A DNA stretch of 64,000 nucleotides from Caecitellus pseudoparvulus (GCA_965644315.1 CBFFRQ010000013.1:558001-622000), one strand, 5' to 3'; shown: positions 44,597-56,093, counted from the stretch's first letter. Notes: generated by a model not told the origin, from the letters alone. Translations and numbers: made by a program.

Positions 44597-46318
44597 ATGT
44601 CTCTATTTGGACCAGGAGGCTCGAGTGGCGGGACCAGTGGTGGTCTGTTGGGTGCTGGCGGTGGCGGTAGCCTGCTGGGCGGAGGCACATCAGCGCCAGC
44701 ACCGGCGCCTGCAGCAGGGGGTAGCCTGCTGGGCGGGGGCACATCGGCACCGGCACCGGCGCCTGCAGCAGGTGGTGGTCTGTTGGGTGCTGGCGGTGGC
44801 GGTAGCCTGCTGGGCGGAGGCACATCGGCGCCGGTGCTGGCGCCTGCAGCAGGGGGCAGCCTGCTGGGCGGGGGCACATCGGCACCGGCACCGGCGCCTG
44901 CAGCAGGTGGTGGTCTGTTGGGTGCTGGCGGTGGCGGTAGCCTGCTGGGCGGAGGCACATCAGCGCCAGCACCGGCGCCTGCAGCAGGTGGTGGTCTGTT
45001 GGGTGCTGGCGGTGGCGGTAGCCTGCTGGGCGGAGGCACATCAGCGCCAGCACCGGCGCCTGCAGCAGGGGGCAGCCTGCTGGGCGGGGGCACATCGGCA
45101 CCGGCACCGGCGCCTGCAGCAGGTGGTGGTCTCTTGGGCGCAGGCACATCAGCGCCAGCACCGGCGCCTGCAGCAGGGGGCAGCCTGCTGGGCGGGGGCA
45201 CATCGGCACCGGCACCGGCGCCTGCAGCAGGTGGTGGTCTGTTGGGTGCTGGCGGTGGCGGTAGCCTGCTGGGCGGAGGCACATCAGCGCCAGCACCGGC
45301 GCCTGCAGCAGGGGGTAGCCTGCTGGGCGGAGGCACATCAGCGCCAGCACCGGCGCCTGCAGCAGGGGGTAGCCTGCTGGGCGGGGGCACATCAGCGCCA
45401 GCACCGGCGCCTGCAGCAGGGGGTAGCCTGCTGGGCGGGGGCACATCGGCACCGGCACCGGCGCCTGCAGCAGGGGGCAGCCTGCTGGGCGGAGGCACAT
45501 CGGCACCGGCACCGGCGCCTGCAGCAGGGGGCAGCCTGCTGGGCGGGGGCACATCGGCACCGGCACCGGCGCCTGCAGCAGGGGGCAGCCTGCTGGGCGG
45601 GGGCACATCGGCACCGGCACCGGCGCCTGCAGCAGGGGGCGGATTGTTGGCACAGGCCCAAGCAGGAGGCACATCTGCCAATGGTGGCACTGCTGTTGGG
45701 GCACCTGAGGTTGGCCAAGCCCCGAGTATCTCAAGCCAGCGTGTGTCTGAACTCTTCAGGCGTTGGAGCAGTCAGCTGGAGGAGCACAAGTCCACGTTCG
45801 TGAGCCAAGCCGAGCAAATTGCTGGATGGGATGCAGACATGCGCAGCCACCACAAGGCCCTGCTTTCTTTGGCATCGGAAGTGCACGAGCTTCAAGACGA
45901 AGAGTCCAAGCAAGACCAGCGCTTGGAGGCAGTATCCTCACACTTGGACGATATTGACCAGAGCTTGGACATTTTGCGACAGAACGTGTCCGACCTGATG
46001 CGGCAGTCCGGGAATCGGGAGGGGGCTTTGTCCATGCGTTCAGCTGATTCGGCTCGCACTCACTACTATCAGCTGGCAGGCGAAGTATCTTCCCAGCTGC
46101 ATGATGCAGAGCAGCAGCTGGAGGTGCTGACCAGCCAAATGGCACAACTGGGTCAAGCTCAGAGCCAAGGTGCAACAGAAGCGATCAGGAGGACCGTCGA
46201 AGCGCACATGCGCACCATGCAGTGGATCGACGACACGGTAGGGGTGCTCAACGCTGAGGCTGACGCTGTCGGCCTGCAGCTTCAGCAGTTTGGCGTGGGT
46301 GGCAGCCGTTCTCAGTGA
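44597..46318 (+). CDS. NUP62: Nucleoporin Nup62/Nsp1 homologue with LLG repeats instead of FG repeats
   Basis: Nsp1_C-like coiled coil (VSELFRRWSSQLEEHKSTFVSQAEQIAGWD...ADSARTHYYQLA...EAHMRTMQWID); N-terminal MSLFG followed by the repeat domain. Confidence 0.82.
   Translation: MSLFGPGGSSGGTSGGLLGAGGGGSLLGGGTSAPAPAPAAGGSLLGGGTSAPAPAPAAGGGLLGAGGGGSLLGGGTSAPVLAPAAGGSLLGGGTSAPAPAPAAGGGLLGAGGGGSLLGGGTSAPAPAPAAGGGLLGAGGGGSLLGGGTSAPAPAPAAGGSLLGGGTSAPAPAPAAGGGLLGAGTSAPAPAPAAGGSLLGGGTSAPAPAPAAGGGLLGAGGGGSLLGGGTSAPAPAPAAGGSLLGGGTSAPAPAPAAGGSLLGGGTSAPAPAPAAGGSLLGGGTSAPAPAPAAGGSLLGGGTSAPAPAPAAGGSLLGGGTSAPAPAPAAGGSLLGGGTSAPAPAPAAGGGLLAQAQAGGTSANGGTAVGAPEVGQAPSISSQRVSELFRRWSSQLEEHKSTFVSQAEQIAGWDADMRSHHKALLSLASEVHELQDEESKQDQRLEAVSSHLDDIDQSLDILRQNVSDLMRQSGNREGALSMRSADSARTHYYQLAGEVSSQLHDAEQQLEVLTSQMAQLGQAQSQGATEAIRRTVEAHMRTMQWIDDTVGVLNAEADAVGLQLQQFGVGGSRSQ
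44638..45650 (+). repeat. Coding tandem repeat: 54-bp unit (GGSLLGGGTSAPAPAPAA) with optional 27-bp unit (GGLLGAGGG)
   Basis: Near-identical nucleotide repeats encoding 21 LLG motifs. Confidence 0.95.
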
Positions 46319-46886
46319 GAGTCGGGCGCCCCCAATGCCACCAAAAATGAAACGGCAACACGTCACGAGTGCGGACTCTTTTACGGACTTGCATGCTTAT
46401 TCTGCAGCTATTTCCTTGAGGATCGCGTGTTCCCTGCGCATTCAACTTACGTGCCACATAAAGCCTCTCCAGCACGCTCAAGCCTTCGACTACCTTGAGA
46501 ATTCTCACCGAGACCAGGGCATTTCCTGCAGCTAATTAAGATTCTACGTTGTCTGACACGTTGTCTCTCGACGACACCCTTTCGATTCGTGCCAGGGCCC
46601 GGGGTGCTGGCAAGAGAAGTGGGGGTTTCGGGCTGAAACGCAAGCTGCAGCCATGCATGCTCGACGCGGGCGCCTGAGAGAGCAAGGGAAGGGCAAGCCA
46701 ACTGGCACGTCTAAATCCAAGACTGGGTGTAGTACACGTCCGTTTGGGGATACACCAGGCTTGCAAAGGGGAGCAGCAGGTGGTGTTCTTCTCACGCAAC
46801 TTGGAGCGGATCAGCCAAGCCAGACAGCAAAGCCTGCCAAGGCTACATGGGGGGCTGCAAAGGCGAGTTCCACAGGAAGTCTGGGT

Positions 46887-49800
46887 ATGGGTGGGAAGGC
46901 AAGAGTGAAGAAGTCTCTGAAAGCTGTTCAGGCGGCTCAGGCCAGCGCAGGTGCGCCGAAACCTCAGCAGCCCGGATCACGACGACTTGCAAGGCCATCA
47001 GTGAAGGCTGCGTCGACCACTCCCTCTGTGCCGGTTCCCGCTCAGCGCTTCCGTGGCACTGTGAAGAGAATCATGGAGGCGAAAGGGTTCGGGTTCATTG
47101 ACCAGGAACTCGATGGCCCTGATATCTTTTTCCGCCTGTCTGACAGCATCGTGACCAACCTCCGTGAGGGTATGTTGGTTTCCTTCCAGGTGGTCACAGA
47201 AAGCTCTGGACGGCAGCGGGCGAGTGACATTCGACGAGCAGAGCGCTCTGCTCGGGCGATGACTTCCGCCGCGGGTCCTACGGCAGGTTCCGGCAGTAGA
47301 CACGCTGGACATTCCGGTGCCCGGCGCCGGCGTCGGCCAGATAGAACGTGTGGCCCAGCACTCTCGCTTGGCAGCGGGCCGAAAGGTGGCGCTGCATCTG
47401 TGGAGCCACCTACAACCACCTCAGGCCCAGCAGTAAAGCTTGAGCGTGATGAGGCCCCAGGTGGTGCATGGCTGTCGGGGGACGTGGTGACGTGCCTCAG
47501 GTCGGGGGAGGGGCTCATCAAGCCTCCAGGAAGCCGTGATGCGACAAGGCGTGCGTGGTTTTCATCAAGCATCGGTCGTTCTGTTGAGAATCTTGACACT
47601 GGCATGTCAGTTCAGTACCGCATCGTGCCGGGGCGAACGCGAACAGTCGGATCGAGGGAAGAGCTGTGCTACGTGGTGTCACACATGCGAGTTGCAGGGG
47701 ACGAGGAAGGAGAGCCCCCCGCCGGCAACGCGGCAATTGGGCGTGTTTTACAGCGGTTGAGTAAGGGATTCAACCAAGAAAAGCTAGCCATGACCGAGGC
47801 ACCTCCACCTCCGCATGCTAAGGCCGGCATGGGCGATGCGAAGGCTGCTTCCTTGTGCAAACTGCGGGACGGCGATGTCACTGCCGCCGAAGCCCTGCTG
47901 GCAAGCATCATCGACGATCCAGACAAGGCAGTGCTGGAGCGCTCCAACTTGGGCGGTCTGATGAACAGGCCAGACCTCCTTGCTGCTCCAAGCGTGCAGG
48001 ACAGCCTGCTGTGCTTGCTCGCGACGAAGGAGGCTCGCGGTCGCGTGGAGTCCAGGTGCGCGCATGTGTACGACCAACTGAAGCTATCTGCATTCTTTTT
48101 AGATCCTTCGCATTTGCGAGCTCATGTCGCCGCATTCGGCTTACGGCCAGTCCCAGATGACGCTTCATTGCATCCTGCCGATGAGCCAGCGACAAGGTGC
48201 GGTAAGGTGCTTCACCACATTGCTGCTGACTCAACCGTTAGAGTAGCGAATATCATGCCTCTCATTGTGGCGTTGCGAGGTTTTGTGCGCTGCATGGTTC
48301 CTGGACCCAGCAAAGCACTCTTGCAAGCGGTTTCAGCTGCCTCAGCACGTCTCGAGCGAAGGACTGGCACTCCCTTGTCCCCCCTGACCGCACCAGTTTC
48401 GGGTGAAGCCCCCCCTTCCATTTCCTTGACACAAGCCCAGCCGCAACTTGAGGCAATACCCCATGCAGGCTCAGTCGGGGAGGTGGTGCAGCCCACCGCC
48501 GACGGATTTCGACAAGCCGCCTTGGCATGGGCCCGTGTTGCGTTGCCGTGCTTGCCCAGCGGCACGCCTAATGACCCGCTGTGGGACCCTGCTACCGACT
48601 TTAGGTCGCTGTCTGTGTTTCCTAGCGCAGCAGAGGTCTTGACTTCTGAGCAGCCACCACTCACGGCGCTGAAGGTTCAGGGAGCATACGACAGCCCGCA
48701 AGAGTACTTGGACGCACACTTCAGACTTTTGCGGGAGGACTGCGTGGCGCCTCTGCGCGCCGGTATTGCTGTTTACCTGAACGACAAAGCGCGAGAGGTG
48801 ATCGTCCGGGCGCAGTACAAGTACGCCAAGGCACACTCCCTTCCATTGCACCAGCTGCCCCCGCCTCCGCCTCCGCTGCCGCCCAGTCGAGATGTGAATG
48901 TGTATCCCCACGTCAAGTTGGTTGGGCTTGTGCCCTCCTTTTCAAAGCTTGTGTACCGCATTCAGCTTCCGGTTCAGGCAGCTACAGCTGATATTGATTG
49001 GCATCGCTCAAAGCGTCTCATGTACGGTAGCCTCCTTCTGCTCTCGGCGAATGACTTTGGTTTTTGCCCTCTGCCTGGTCCGGACGGCGGTGCAGTCAGC
49101 CAGGCCACCCTCCTTTGGGCAACCGTGCAGAACAGGGACCCAGACTTGATGTCGTCTCGGCGCCAGCTGGACATCGCATTCCCGGATGGGTACGAGCCTC
49201 GCTTGCACACCCTGCTGCAACGGTGCGTGCAGGAGGCTGGAGGTGATGCAGAAGAGGCGGAGTCACTCCCAGAACCTACAGCGCTGCACTTCACTGTTGT
49301 GGAAAGCGCGGCGACATACTTTGAGGCGTACCGGCACACCCTTCGTGCCTTGCAGTGTGTAGATGTTGATGCGTTCGGCACGAATACCCTGTTTGATGGG
49401 CTCCTACGTCCACCTCGTGTTGTCCTGCCCCCAGCCTACCTGACACCTCACCTGAGCTACCCAGAGCGCTGCTCGTGGGCTCATGCCGCGGCTGCCGCTC
49501 TTCAGCCTGCAAGCGCTACCATTCAGACTGGGGCTGGCAGTGTTCGCCCGGAAGCCTGGCAGCCGCTCAGCGGGGCACCGGACGCGTACCCGCACCCGCC
49601 ACCGGCCAACCCATTGCTGGCTCTCAAGTTTCCCGACGCATACCGGTTCCCAAGCCTTGTACCACAGCTGAAGGAACAGACTGGTCAGCATTGGCTTCGT
49701 GTGCTGCGGAGCAAATGGCCACTTGCCCCTGATGGCGAGGCTGAAAGCGGCCCAGGCAAGGCACCAGTGTCCCTGGACGCCTCCCAACTGTCAGCCTTCC

Positions 49801-52121
49801 AACAGTCGCTGACGCGCGAATTGGCTCTTGTGCAGGGCCCGCCAGGCACAGGTAAGACATTTGTAGGCTTGAAAGTTGTGCGTGCGCTCCTGGACAACGT
49901 TGTTCCGCGCTTGAGCGCCCGCCCCATCCTCGTCGTGTGCTTCACCAACCACGCGCTGGATCAGTTTATGTCTGGCATTCTTGAAGTAACGACGAACGTT
50001 GTGCGCATCGGCTCGCGATCCAAGGAAGCGCGGCTGGCTCCGTACAACCTGAAGGAGATGGTGGCCCAACGCTTGCAACAGCACCAAGCAGCGTCCCGGA
50101 CAGCTGCTCATGCAGCGGACGCGGCGGCGGCTGCCAAGTCCGTGCAAGCAGCCTCTGCAGCGGCTTCAGCAACCCTGATGCATGCCCACCGGCGCATCAA
50201 GAGGCAGCTCTGGGACTTGCGGGATCAGATCTTCGATGCAGCGGTTGGCATGGGCTCCCGTGTGATGAGTCGAGCTGACACAGCTGATGCTGCCCTGAGC
50301 TACCAGTTCAAATCACTGTGGGAGGGCTACACGCCACCTGATATTGACGGAGAGTCTGATGATGAAGCATTTATTGAGGCTCACGAAGAGGCAGAGTATG
50401 AGCACTTGGTTGAGTGGCTCGGCGCTGACCCTCTTGTGGTTACGGACGGCCCGGAGGGCGCAGAGGCAGCGGCTTCAGTCATCGACGGGCATCTGGCCAC
50501 CCAGGCAGCCGTAGAGGAGGCGAACGCGCGCCTTGAATCAACCGCCGCTGCTGTGCTGCGTCCCATGCTGCCACGCCAGCATGCAAAGAGCGCTCCGAGC
50601 CCCTTGCTTGCACTTGGCGGGGGTCTGCCGACATCTATGGCTGCTTCTGACCAGGACAGATTCGTTTTGTCGGCACTCGGGCCTGAGAATGCCCCGAGTG
50701 CGTCAGGGGCAACGGAAGATGACGATGAGGAGGAAGTGCAGCGCATTCAAGACGACCGCATCGTTGGAGACGCGGCACCCACAAGCCAGCCGGCAGCTGG
50801 CCAGCTACCATCCACTGCCAGAAGGCAGAGCGCACCGCAGGGGTTGCAGAGAAAAGAGCTCACTCCGGCACCGATTTTCCCGCCACCCCTTCCGCTGAAT
50901 GACAGGCGGGGCCTTGAGGTTGGGAGCGAGCGAGGCGCGGCCTCGAGACATGAACCGAAGGCGGCTGGAATCCGCATGCTGCCACCCCTGCAGCTCGAAG
51001 AGGTAGAAGACGTTTGGGCCCTGCCACTGCACGAGCGTCAGCGCCTTTACCGCGTTTGGGTGTGGAGGCGATTCCGTACGAGCCAGCATGCCTTGGCTGA
51101 CTTGTGCCAGCGTTTCGCAAGGGTACAGAAGCAGCTGGAGGCCTTCACCCAGAGCATCCAGCTTGATATTTTAGGAAGGGCTTCAGTGATTGGCATGACA
51201 ACCACCGCAACAGCCAAGTACCAGGGCCTGATTCACGCCTTGAAGCCGGAGGTTGTCATCGTGGAGGAGGCGGCAGAGGTGTTGGAGAGCCACTTGGTCA
51301 CGGCCCTCACTTCCGCGACCAAGCACATGGTGTTGATTGGAGACCACCAGCAGCTTCGACCAGGAACTGCCGTGCATGCATTGGCAAAGGATAAGCACCT
51401 AGAAGTGTCACTGTTTGAGCGCTTGGTGCTCAATGGAGTGCCTCATGTAACGCTGCAGCGTCAGCGCCGAATGCGGCCTGAGGTATCTCGGCTCATAACC
51501 CCCCTGTACCCTGCTTTGCGAGACCACCCAGTCGTCATGGGCTCTGGCCGGCCGCACGTTCAAGGAATGGCTGCTGACGTCTTCTTTTTTTCGCACACTT
51601 TCCGGGAGGACACATCCGGCTCTTCCAGCAGCAAGCGCAACACCAGGGAGGCTGTCATGGTCGCGAAGCTTGCGGGGTACTTGCTATCCCAAGGGCACAG
51701 CCCTGAGAGCATCACGGTGCTGGCTGCATACGTCGGGCAGCTGATGCTGCTGAAGCGCTTGCTCCAGGAAGCCGGAGCAGGGGCCGTGCGAGCGACGACG
51801 GTGGATAACTACCAGGGAGAAGAAGCCGACATCATTCTCCTGTCCCTCGTGCGCTCAAACAGCCACGGCGCTATCGGCTTCCTTGCCGAGGACAACCGTG
51901 CGTGTGTCGCACTGTCCCGTGCCAGGCGTGGCATGTACATGTTTGGGGACGGGGAGATGCTCAGAGCCCGATCGCGGTTTTGGGAGACTGTCATGGACAG
52001 GCTCACGGGCGCATCGCAGTGCGGGCCCTCCCTCCCCCTGGCCCCAGGCTGGGACGGAAACGCAGCTGAGGGTGGCGCACCACCCGTGTGGTGGGTCACT
52101 GACGCTTCCCACTTCCCATGA
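46887..52121 (+). CDS. ZNFX1/Hrr1-like SF1 (UPF1-like) RNA helicase with N-terminal cold-shock domain(s)
   Basis: CSD motif FRGTVKRIMEAKGFGFI...DIFF; ZNFX1-type motifs YLDAHFRLLREDCVAPLRAGI and DWHRSKRLMYGSLLLLS; QGPPGTGKT, VEEAAEVLE, IGDHQQLRP, TVDNYQGEE, VALSRAR. Start uncertain. Confidence 0.85.
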   Translation: MGGKARVKKSLKAVQAAQASAGAPKPQQPGSRRLARPSVKAASTTPSVPVPAQRFRGTVKRIMEAKGFGFIDQELDGPDIFFRLSDSIVTNLREGMLVSFQVVTESSGRQRASDIRRAERSARAMTSAAGPTAGSGSRHAGHSGARRRRRPDRTCGPALSLGSGPKGGAASVEPPTTTSGPAVKLERDEAPGGAWLSGDVVTCLRSGEGLIKPPGSRDATRRAWFSSSIGRSVENLDTGMSVQYRIVPGRTRTVGSREELCYVVSHMRVAGDEEGEPPAGNAAIGRVLQRLSKGFNQEKLAMTEAPPPPHAKAGMGDAKAASLCKLRDGDVTAAEALLASIIDDPDKAVLERSNLGGLMNRPDLLAAPSVQDSLLCLLATKEARGRVESRCAHVYDQLKLSAFFLDPSHLRAHVAAFGLRPVPDDASLHPADEPATRCGKVLHHIAADSTVRVANIMPLIVALRGFVRCMVPGPSKALLQAVSAASARLERRTGTPLSPLTAPVSGEAPPSISLTQAQPQLEAIPHAGSVGEVVQPTADGFRQAALAWARVALPCLPSGTPNDPLWDPATDFRSLSVFPSAAEVLTSEQPPLTALKVQGAYDSPQEYLDAHFRLLREDCVAPLRAGIAVYLNDKAREVIVRAQYKYAKAHSLPLHQLPPPPPPLPPSRDVNVYPHVKLVGLVPSFSKLVYRIQLPVQAATADIDWHRSKRLMYGSLLLLSANDFGFCPLPGPDGGAVSQATLLWATVQNRDPDLMSSRRQLDIAFPDGYEPRLHTLLQRCVQEAGGDAEEAESLPEPTALHFTVVESAATYFEAYRHTLRALQCVDVDAFGTNTLFDGLLRPPRVVLPPAYLTPHLSYPERCSWAHAAAAALQPASATIQTGAGSVRPEAWQPLSGAPDAYPHPPPANPLLALKFPDAYRFPSLVPQLKEQTGQHWLRVLRSKWPLAPDGEAESGPGKAPVSLDASQLSAFQQSLTRELALVQGPPGTGKTFVGLKVVRALLDNVVPRLSARPILVVCFTNHALDQFMSGILEVTTNVVRIGSRSKEARLAPYNLKEMVAQRLQQHQAASRTAAHAADAAAAAKSVQAASAAASATLMHAHRRIKRQLWDLRDQIFDAAVGMGSRVMSRADTADAALSYQFKSLWEGYTPPDIDGESDDEAFIEAHEEAEYEHLVEWLGADPLVVTDGPEGAEAAASVIDGHLATQAAVEEANARLESTAAAVLRPMLPRQHAKSAPSPLLALGGGLPTSMAASDQDRFVLSALGPENAPSASGATEDDDEEEVQRIQDDRIVGDAAPTSQPAAGQLPSTARRQSAPQGLQRKELTPAPIFPPPLPLNDRRGLEVGSERGAASRHEPKAAGIRMLPPLQLEEVEDVWALPLHERQRLYRVWVWRRFRTSQHALADLCQRFARVQKQLEAFTQSIQLDILGRASVIGMTTTATAKYQGLIHALKPEVVIVEEAAEVLESHLVTALTSATKHMVLIGDHQQLRPGTAVHALAKDKHLEVSLFERLVLNGVPHVTLQRQRRMRPEVSRLITPLYPALRDHPVVMGSGRPHVQGMAADVFFFSHTFREDTSGSSSSKRNTREAVMVAKLAGYLLSQGHSPESITVLAAYVGQLMLLKRLLQEAGAGAVRATTVDNYQGEEADIILLSLVRSNSHGAIGFLAEDNRACVALSRARRGMYMFGDGEMLRARSRFWETVMDRLTGASQCGPSLPLAPGWDGNAAEGGAPPVWWVTDASHFP

Positions 52122-52190
52122 ACTTGTGGCAGTCTGCACTTGTAAATGCATTTAGCCTGGCCACACAGAGGCCAGGAGAGCCCGCTCCGC

Positions 52191-54796
52191 TCAGAAGGGG
52201 GCAGACATGACGTTGTACTCAACCAGCAGCGTGAGCAACACGAAGACGAAGTACAGAGCAAACATGGTGTACCCCAGAGTCCGTGACATCTTCCAACCAA
52301 ACAACGCTATGCTAGCAATGACAAGGATTAGCATGAGGAACAGCAGGAAGAGGCTAAAGAGCAGGCTTTCGGATGTGACGATTTGAGGTGCTCCACCCCG
52401 GGCAGCCGAGTTCAGGAGCCAAGGCAGCGGCAGGCCAACCAGCACATCGAAGATGTTCGACCCAATGGAAGAAGACACTGCCATATCACCTGCGCCCTGC
52501 CGAGCGACGATGACTGACGAAAGCAAGTCTGGTACCGACGTGCCCGCGGCCAGGAAGGTAAGACCCATGACAGGGTCAGGGATACCAATGGCCTTTCCAA
52601 ATGTGGTGGCCCACCAAACCATCAAATACGAGGCTATGGCAATCCAAATGATGCTCATGAAGAATGTCAGGGGATACCAGTTCCGCCAAGCCTCCTTGCG
52701 GCAGTCTGGGACAGTGAACGCGAAGAGGAAGACAAGCGGCGCCGAGATGATCCAGAACGCCTGCACCGCCCAGTGTGCGCCGTGGGGGTAGTCTCTGCGA
52801 AAGGCGGGCGCGTGCGGGAGGTGGGTGCAGTGCTGTGGACGTGCCCGATGAGGGCAGGTTCGCCATGTGCACCCTCGAGGTGTCGCACGCACGTAAGGTC
52901 TTTCTCATCCTCTTCTTCCTCTACTTCTTCTACACTCTCAGCACCCAAGTCAAAGTCAACGGATGGCTTCCCGCTGCGAGTCTCCACTACCTCAGTGTCG
53001 GATACGGGCACCACTCGAGCGGAGGTGCGCGACGCGCTGCTCGGCTGGGCTCCGCCGCTTGAACTGGAGGCGACTGGCACCACTGCCGTCTCAGAAGGAG
53101 ATGAGGCATCCTCACTGCCAACACTCTCGCTGGCATCGTCCACTGCTCTCCAAGCAGTCGCAACGCCTGTATCAGGGGCATTGCTTGCAGAGCTGGCAGT
53201 GCCATCGCCACTGGGCGTTGGTTCGTCCGCCCCACCGCCTCTTGGGGCCGCGCCAGGTGCTGGCGAGGCATCCGACTGCTTGCGCTTGGCAGCCATCATC
53301 GCCATGGCGACGTCCGCTGCACCGCCACTGGATGGGCGGCGAGGGGGTAGGCTTTCTTCCTCTGAAGCAGCCTTGGCTTCTCCCAGGCGCAGTCCATGCA
53401 GGACCGCCTCGGGCGAGACGGGCGTGGGTGACGCAGCTCGCAGCTCCTTGATGCGTCCGGCCACCAATTGGCCTGCTCGCCTGAAGCGACCGTCGCGGTG
53501 CTTGATGGGCCCTAGTCCAGCCGGGTCCACATTCGTCAGCAGCATGTGAAGCACGCCTGCCTGGAATGTGATCTGGTCCCGACGCTGCCCGACTCCTCCA
53601 GCTTCAGCCGTCGTGTGCTGCAGGTCCGACTCGAGCTCAGACGTCGTCACACCGGCCTCTACTGCTGCTGTGTGCAGGTCTTCGCTGGTGGCGGTGGCGG
53701 GCAGGCTCATGGAGGCTTTAGAAGCCAGGCGAGGCATTCGTAGCACTGAGTGGCGTACCCACGAGTGCAGAGACTCGTTGTATGCCATCAGCAGCACATA
53801 CAAGAAGTAGAGCATGAAGAGCACAAGGCTCTCCCACCACTCCATCTTTCCATCAAGAAAAAATCCGAAGAGGACAAGCAGGGACACAGTGTAAAACGTG
53901 GAGTCTCGGAACAGCGGCCACCAAGTCAACGCCAGCACTTCCCTGCTGAAGATGGCACACATGCCGATGACGAACAGGACATTGAACACGGCCGAGCCGA
54001 CAATGGTGCCGAATCCAACATTTGACACTGAAATGAACACACCGATGAAAGAGGTGAACAGCTCAGGTGCAGAGCCGCCAGCGGCCATGAACGTCGCACC
54101 TGCACCAAAGCATGGGCGGCTGCGTGCAGATTCCCCGGTTCAGCCGCGCTTGGGAAGGGTCCGGCGCCACCCCACTCACCAGCGACATCGTCAGACACTT
54201 GCAAGCGCTCGACGATTTCCTCCAAGGAAGGCACGAAGAACTCGTCTGCAGGGGTGAGGTTTGGTGTGGCACGAATGAATGGTGACGGGCGTACGGTGCC
54301 TGCCACGAACCAACGATGATAGCGAGGGCGAGGAACATGTACACCATCCCAATTAGGTGCAAGATGAACGCCCCATTGCGCTGCTGCTCCTCGCTGAAGA
54401 CGTCTGGTGGAATCAGGGCATCCAGCTTCCGGTGAGTGGAAACGCTGCCACCAGCTGCGTTGATGCCGGGTGGTTCAGGGTGCCCGCTGGGAAGTTGTGC
54501 CACGTTCGCGGAAAGGTCTGGAATGAAAAGAGAGTAAGAGCCTTCGTGCGTCCGATGCATCGGGGAAGCAGAGTGAGAGCATCACAAATGGCGCCCTTCC
54601 GAGAGGCAGCGACATGCCGCACAGCGACCATGCACTCACTTTCACTTCCTTCGACTTGCGCTTGCTCAAGGGCAGGAGCCAAGAACTGAGGTGCTGGGGC
54701 ATATCCCAGTAGCAGAGCAAAGGCGTAGCCACCAAGGAGAGCTCCAACAGTCCATGGCAGCCTCCGGTGCCGGCGGCCCTGTCTTGCTGTCACCAT
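52191..54796 (-). CDS. K+-dependent Na+/Ca2+ exchanger (NCKX/SLC24 family), multi-exon
   Basis: Alpha repeats DVA|[17 protein letters not shown] and [18 protein letters not shown]...[15 protein letters not shown]; large cytosolic loop. Confidence 0.92.
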
Positions 54797-55063
54797 GTTA
54801 GCAAAACTGGCCCTCCCCGCAATCGTTGGCGAGAAGAATGGAAAGCTTGGGGCCTGAAGCAAGCAGCTCCTGAGCGAGTCAGTCGCCAGCCCACAGCGTG
54901 GTTGCAGCGCGCAGTTTGCATCTGAATTGGGATTGCCCGGGAGTTGCTGCACGGTGGGTGGCGTGGGGCCAGTGGGGGAATGGAAAGGCTTCACCTTCTT
55001 CCTGGGCTTGCAAGTGAGGTGCCAGCGCACACGGCAGCCACATGATGCCTTTGCTATGGCTCT

Positions 55064-56093
55064 CTACCGGGCCTGGCGGCTAGCCTCCCGTGAGCCATCC
55101 TGACGCAAGCCTGTCAAGTCTTCAACCTTCGTTGTCACGCGTTTGTGTCTGGCTGGCTTGGCGGCGGCACGGACGAAGTCTTCCCAAGAGGCAGCTTGTA
55201 CCTGAAACTGCCCTGCTAAAGCGGACACTACGGCTGCATGAAAGTCTTCGGGCGAGGCAACGTGACGACTAAGTGTGGTGAGGAACGCATCGTGCGGTCG
55301 TCCAGCGCGGTACGCTGGCATGGTTGGGGGCATCCGCAGGCAATCCATGTTCTCCGGGTTCATGTCCCAGAGGAAAGATGTGTGGTGCACCCACCGTCCC
55401 TTGGAGATCGCTGTGATGGTGAGGATGGGTGAGTGTTGCAGGTGGTGAGCGTGGCCTGCGAGCCACATGCGTGGGCGGCAGCGCCCACACGTACCCTGGG
55501 CATTGCCCCCAAACTTGAGATCACCAAAGCAGTAATCCACGTCATTTAGTAAGAAAGAACCCGCTGAACTGGGAGCGCAGGCTTCGAAGGCTGGCTTGTA
55601 CACGGCCCCTTCTGTCCATGCCATGATGTCCCGCGCGAAGGGCTTGCAAGGCACGTCACTCTGGAAACACAGGCAGGGCACGAGGCTTCCATGCCCCACT
55701 TCCCCACTTCGTCTACACTCAGAAACTGGCGCAACTCACAGCATTCATGATGAGGCTGGTGAAGAGGGTGTTGTGGTCCACGATGACCGTGCCTCCGCCG
55801 GTAAACCGCCGCAGCACGGGAACTCTTCGCCGCCGGGCCTTGGCAAGATTCACAACTTGGTGTGGCTTGGCAGAGATGCCCATCACAATCTGAGGTGGCG
55901 CAGTGCCCTGGAACTGCAGAAGCCTGTGCCGACATGCAGGGGTTGTTGAGTTCCAAGCAGCATCAGCAGACAGCTGCTGGCGAGCGCACCAATTGTCTGT
56001 ACATGCACGCATGACGGCCTCTTCACAAAGCAGAGCTTCATGGATGTTTCTGCGCCCTGCCTGCACGAGGCGCAGCACAGGGAGAGCAGCCAT
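55064..56093 (-). CDS. Lipoate-protein ligase A-like protein (BPL_LplA_LipB), multi-exon
   Basis: IVMGISAKP, RRFTGGGTVIVD, KFGGNAQ, HHTSFLWD and YRAGRPHDAFL spread over frames separated by GT-AG introns. Confidence 0.85.

Noticed and set aside
44257-45803. Long alternative-frame and antisense ORFs (460-477 aa) over the Nup62 repeat, and a CRISPR-like look of the array
   Set aside because: They arise from a stop-free GC-rich coding tandem repeat. There are no unique spacers or cas genes, and the locus is eukaryotic.
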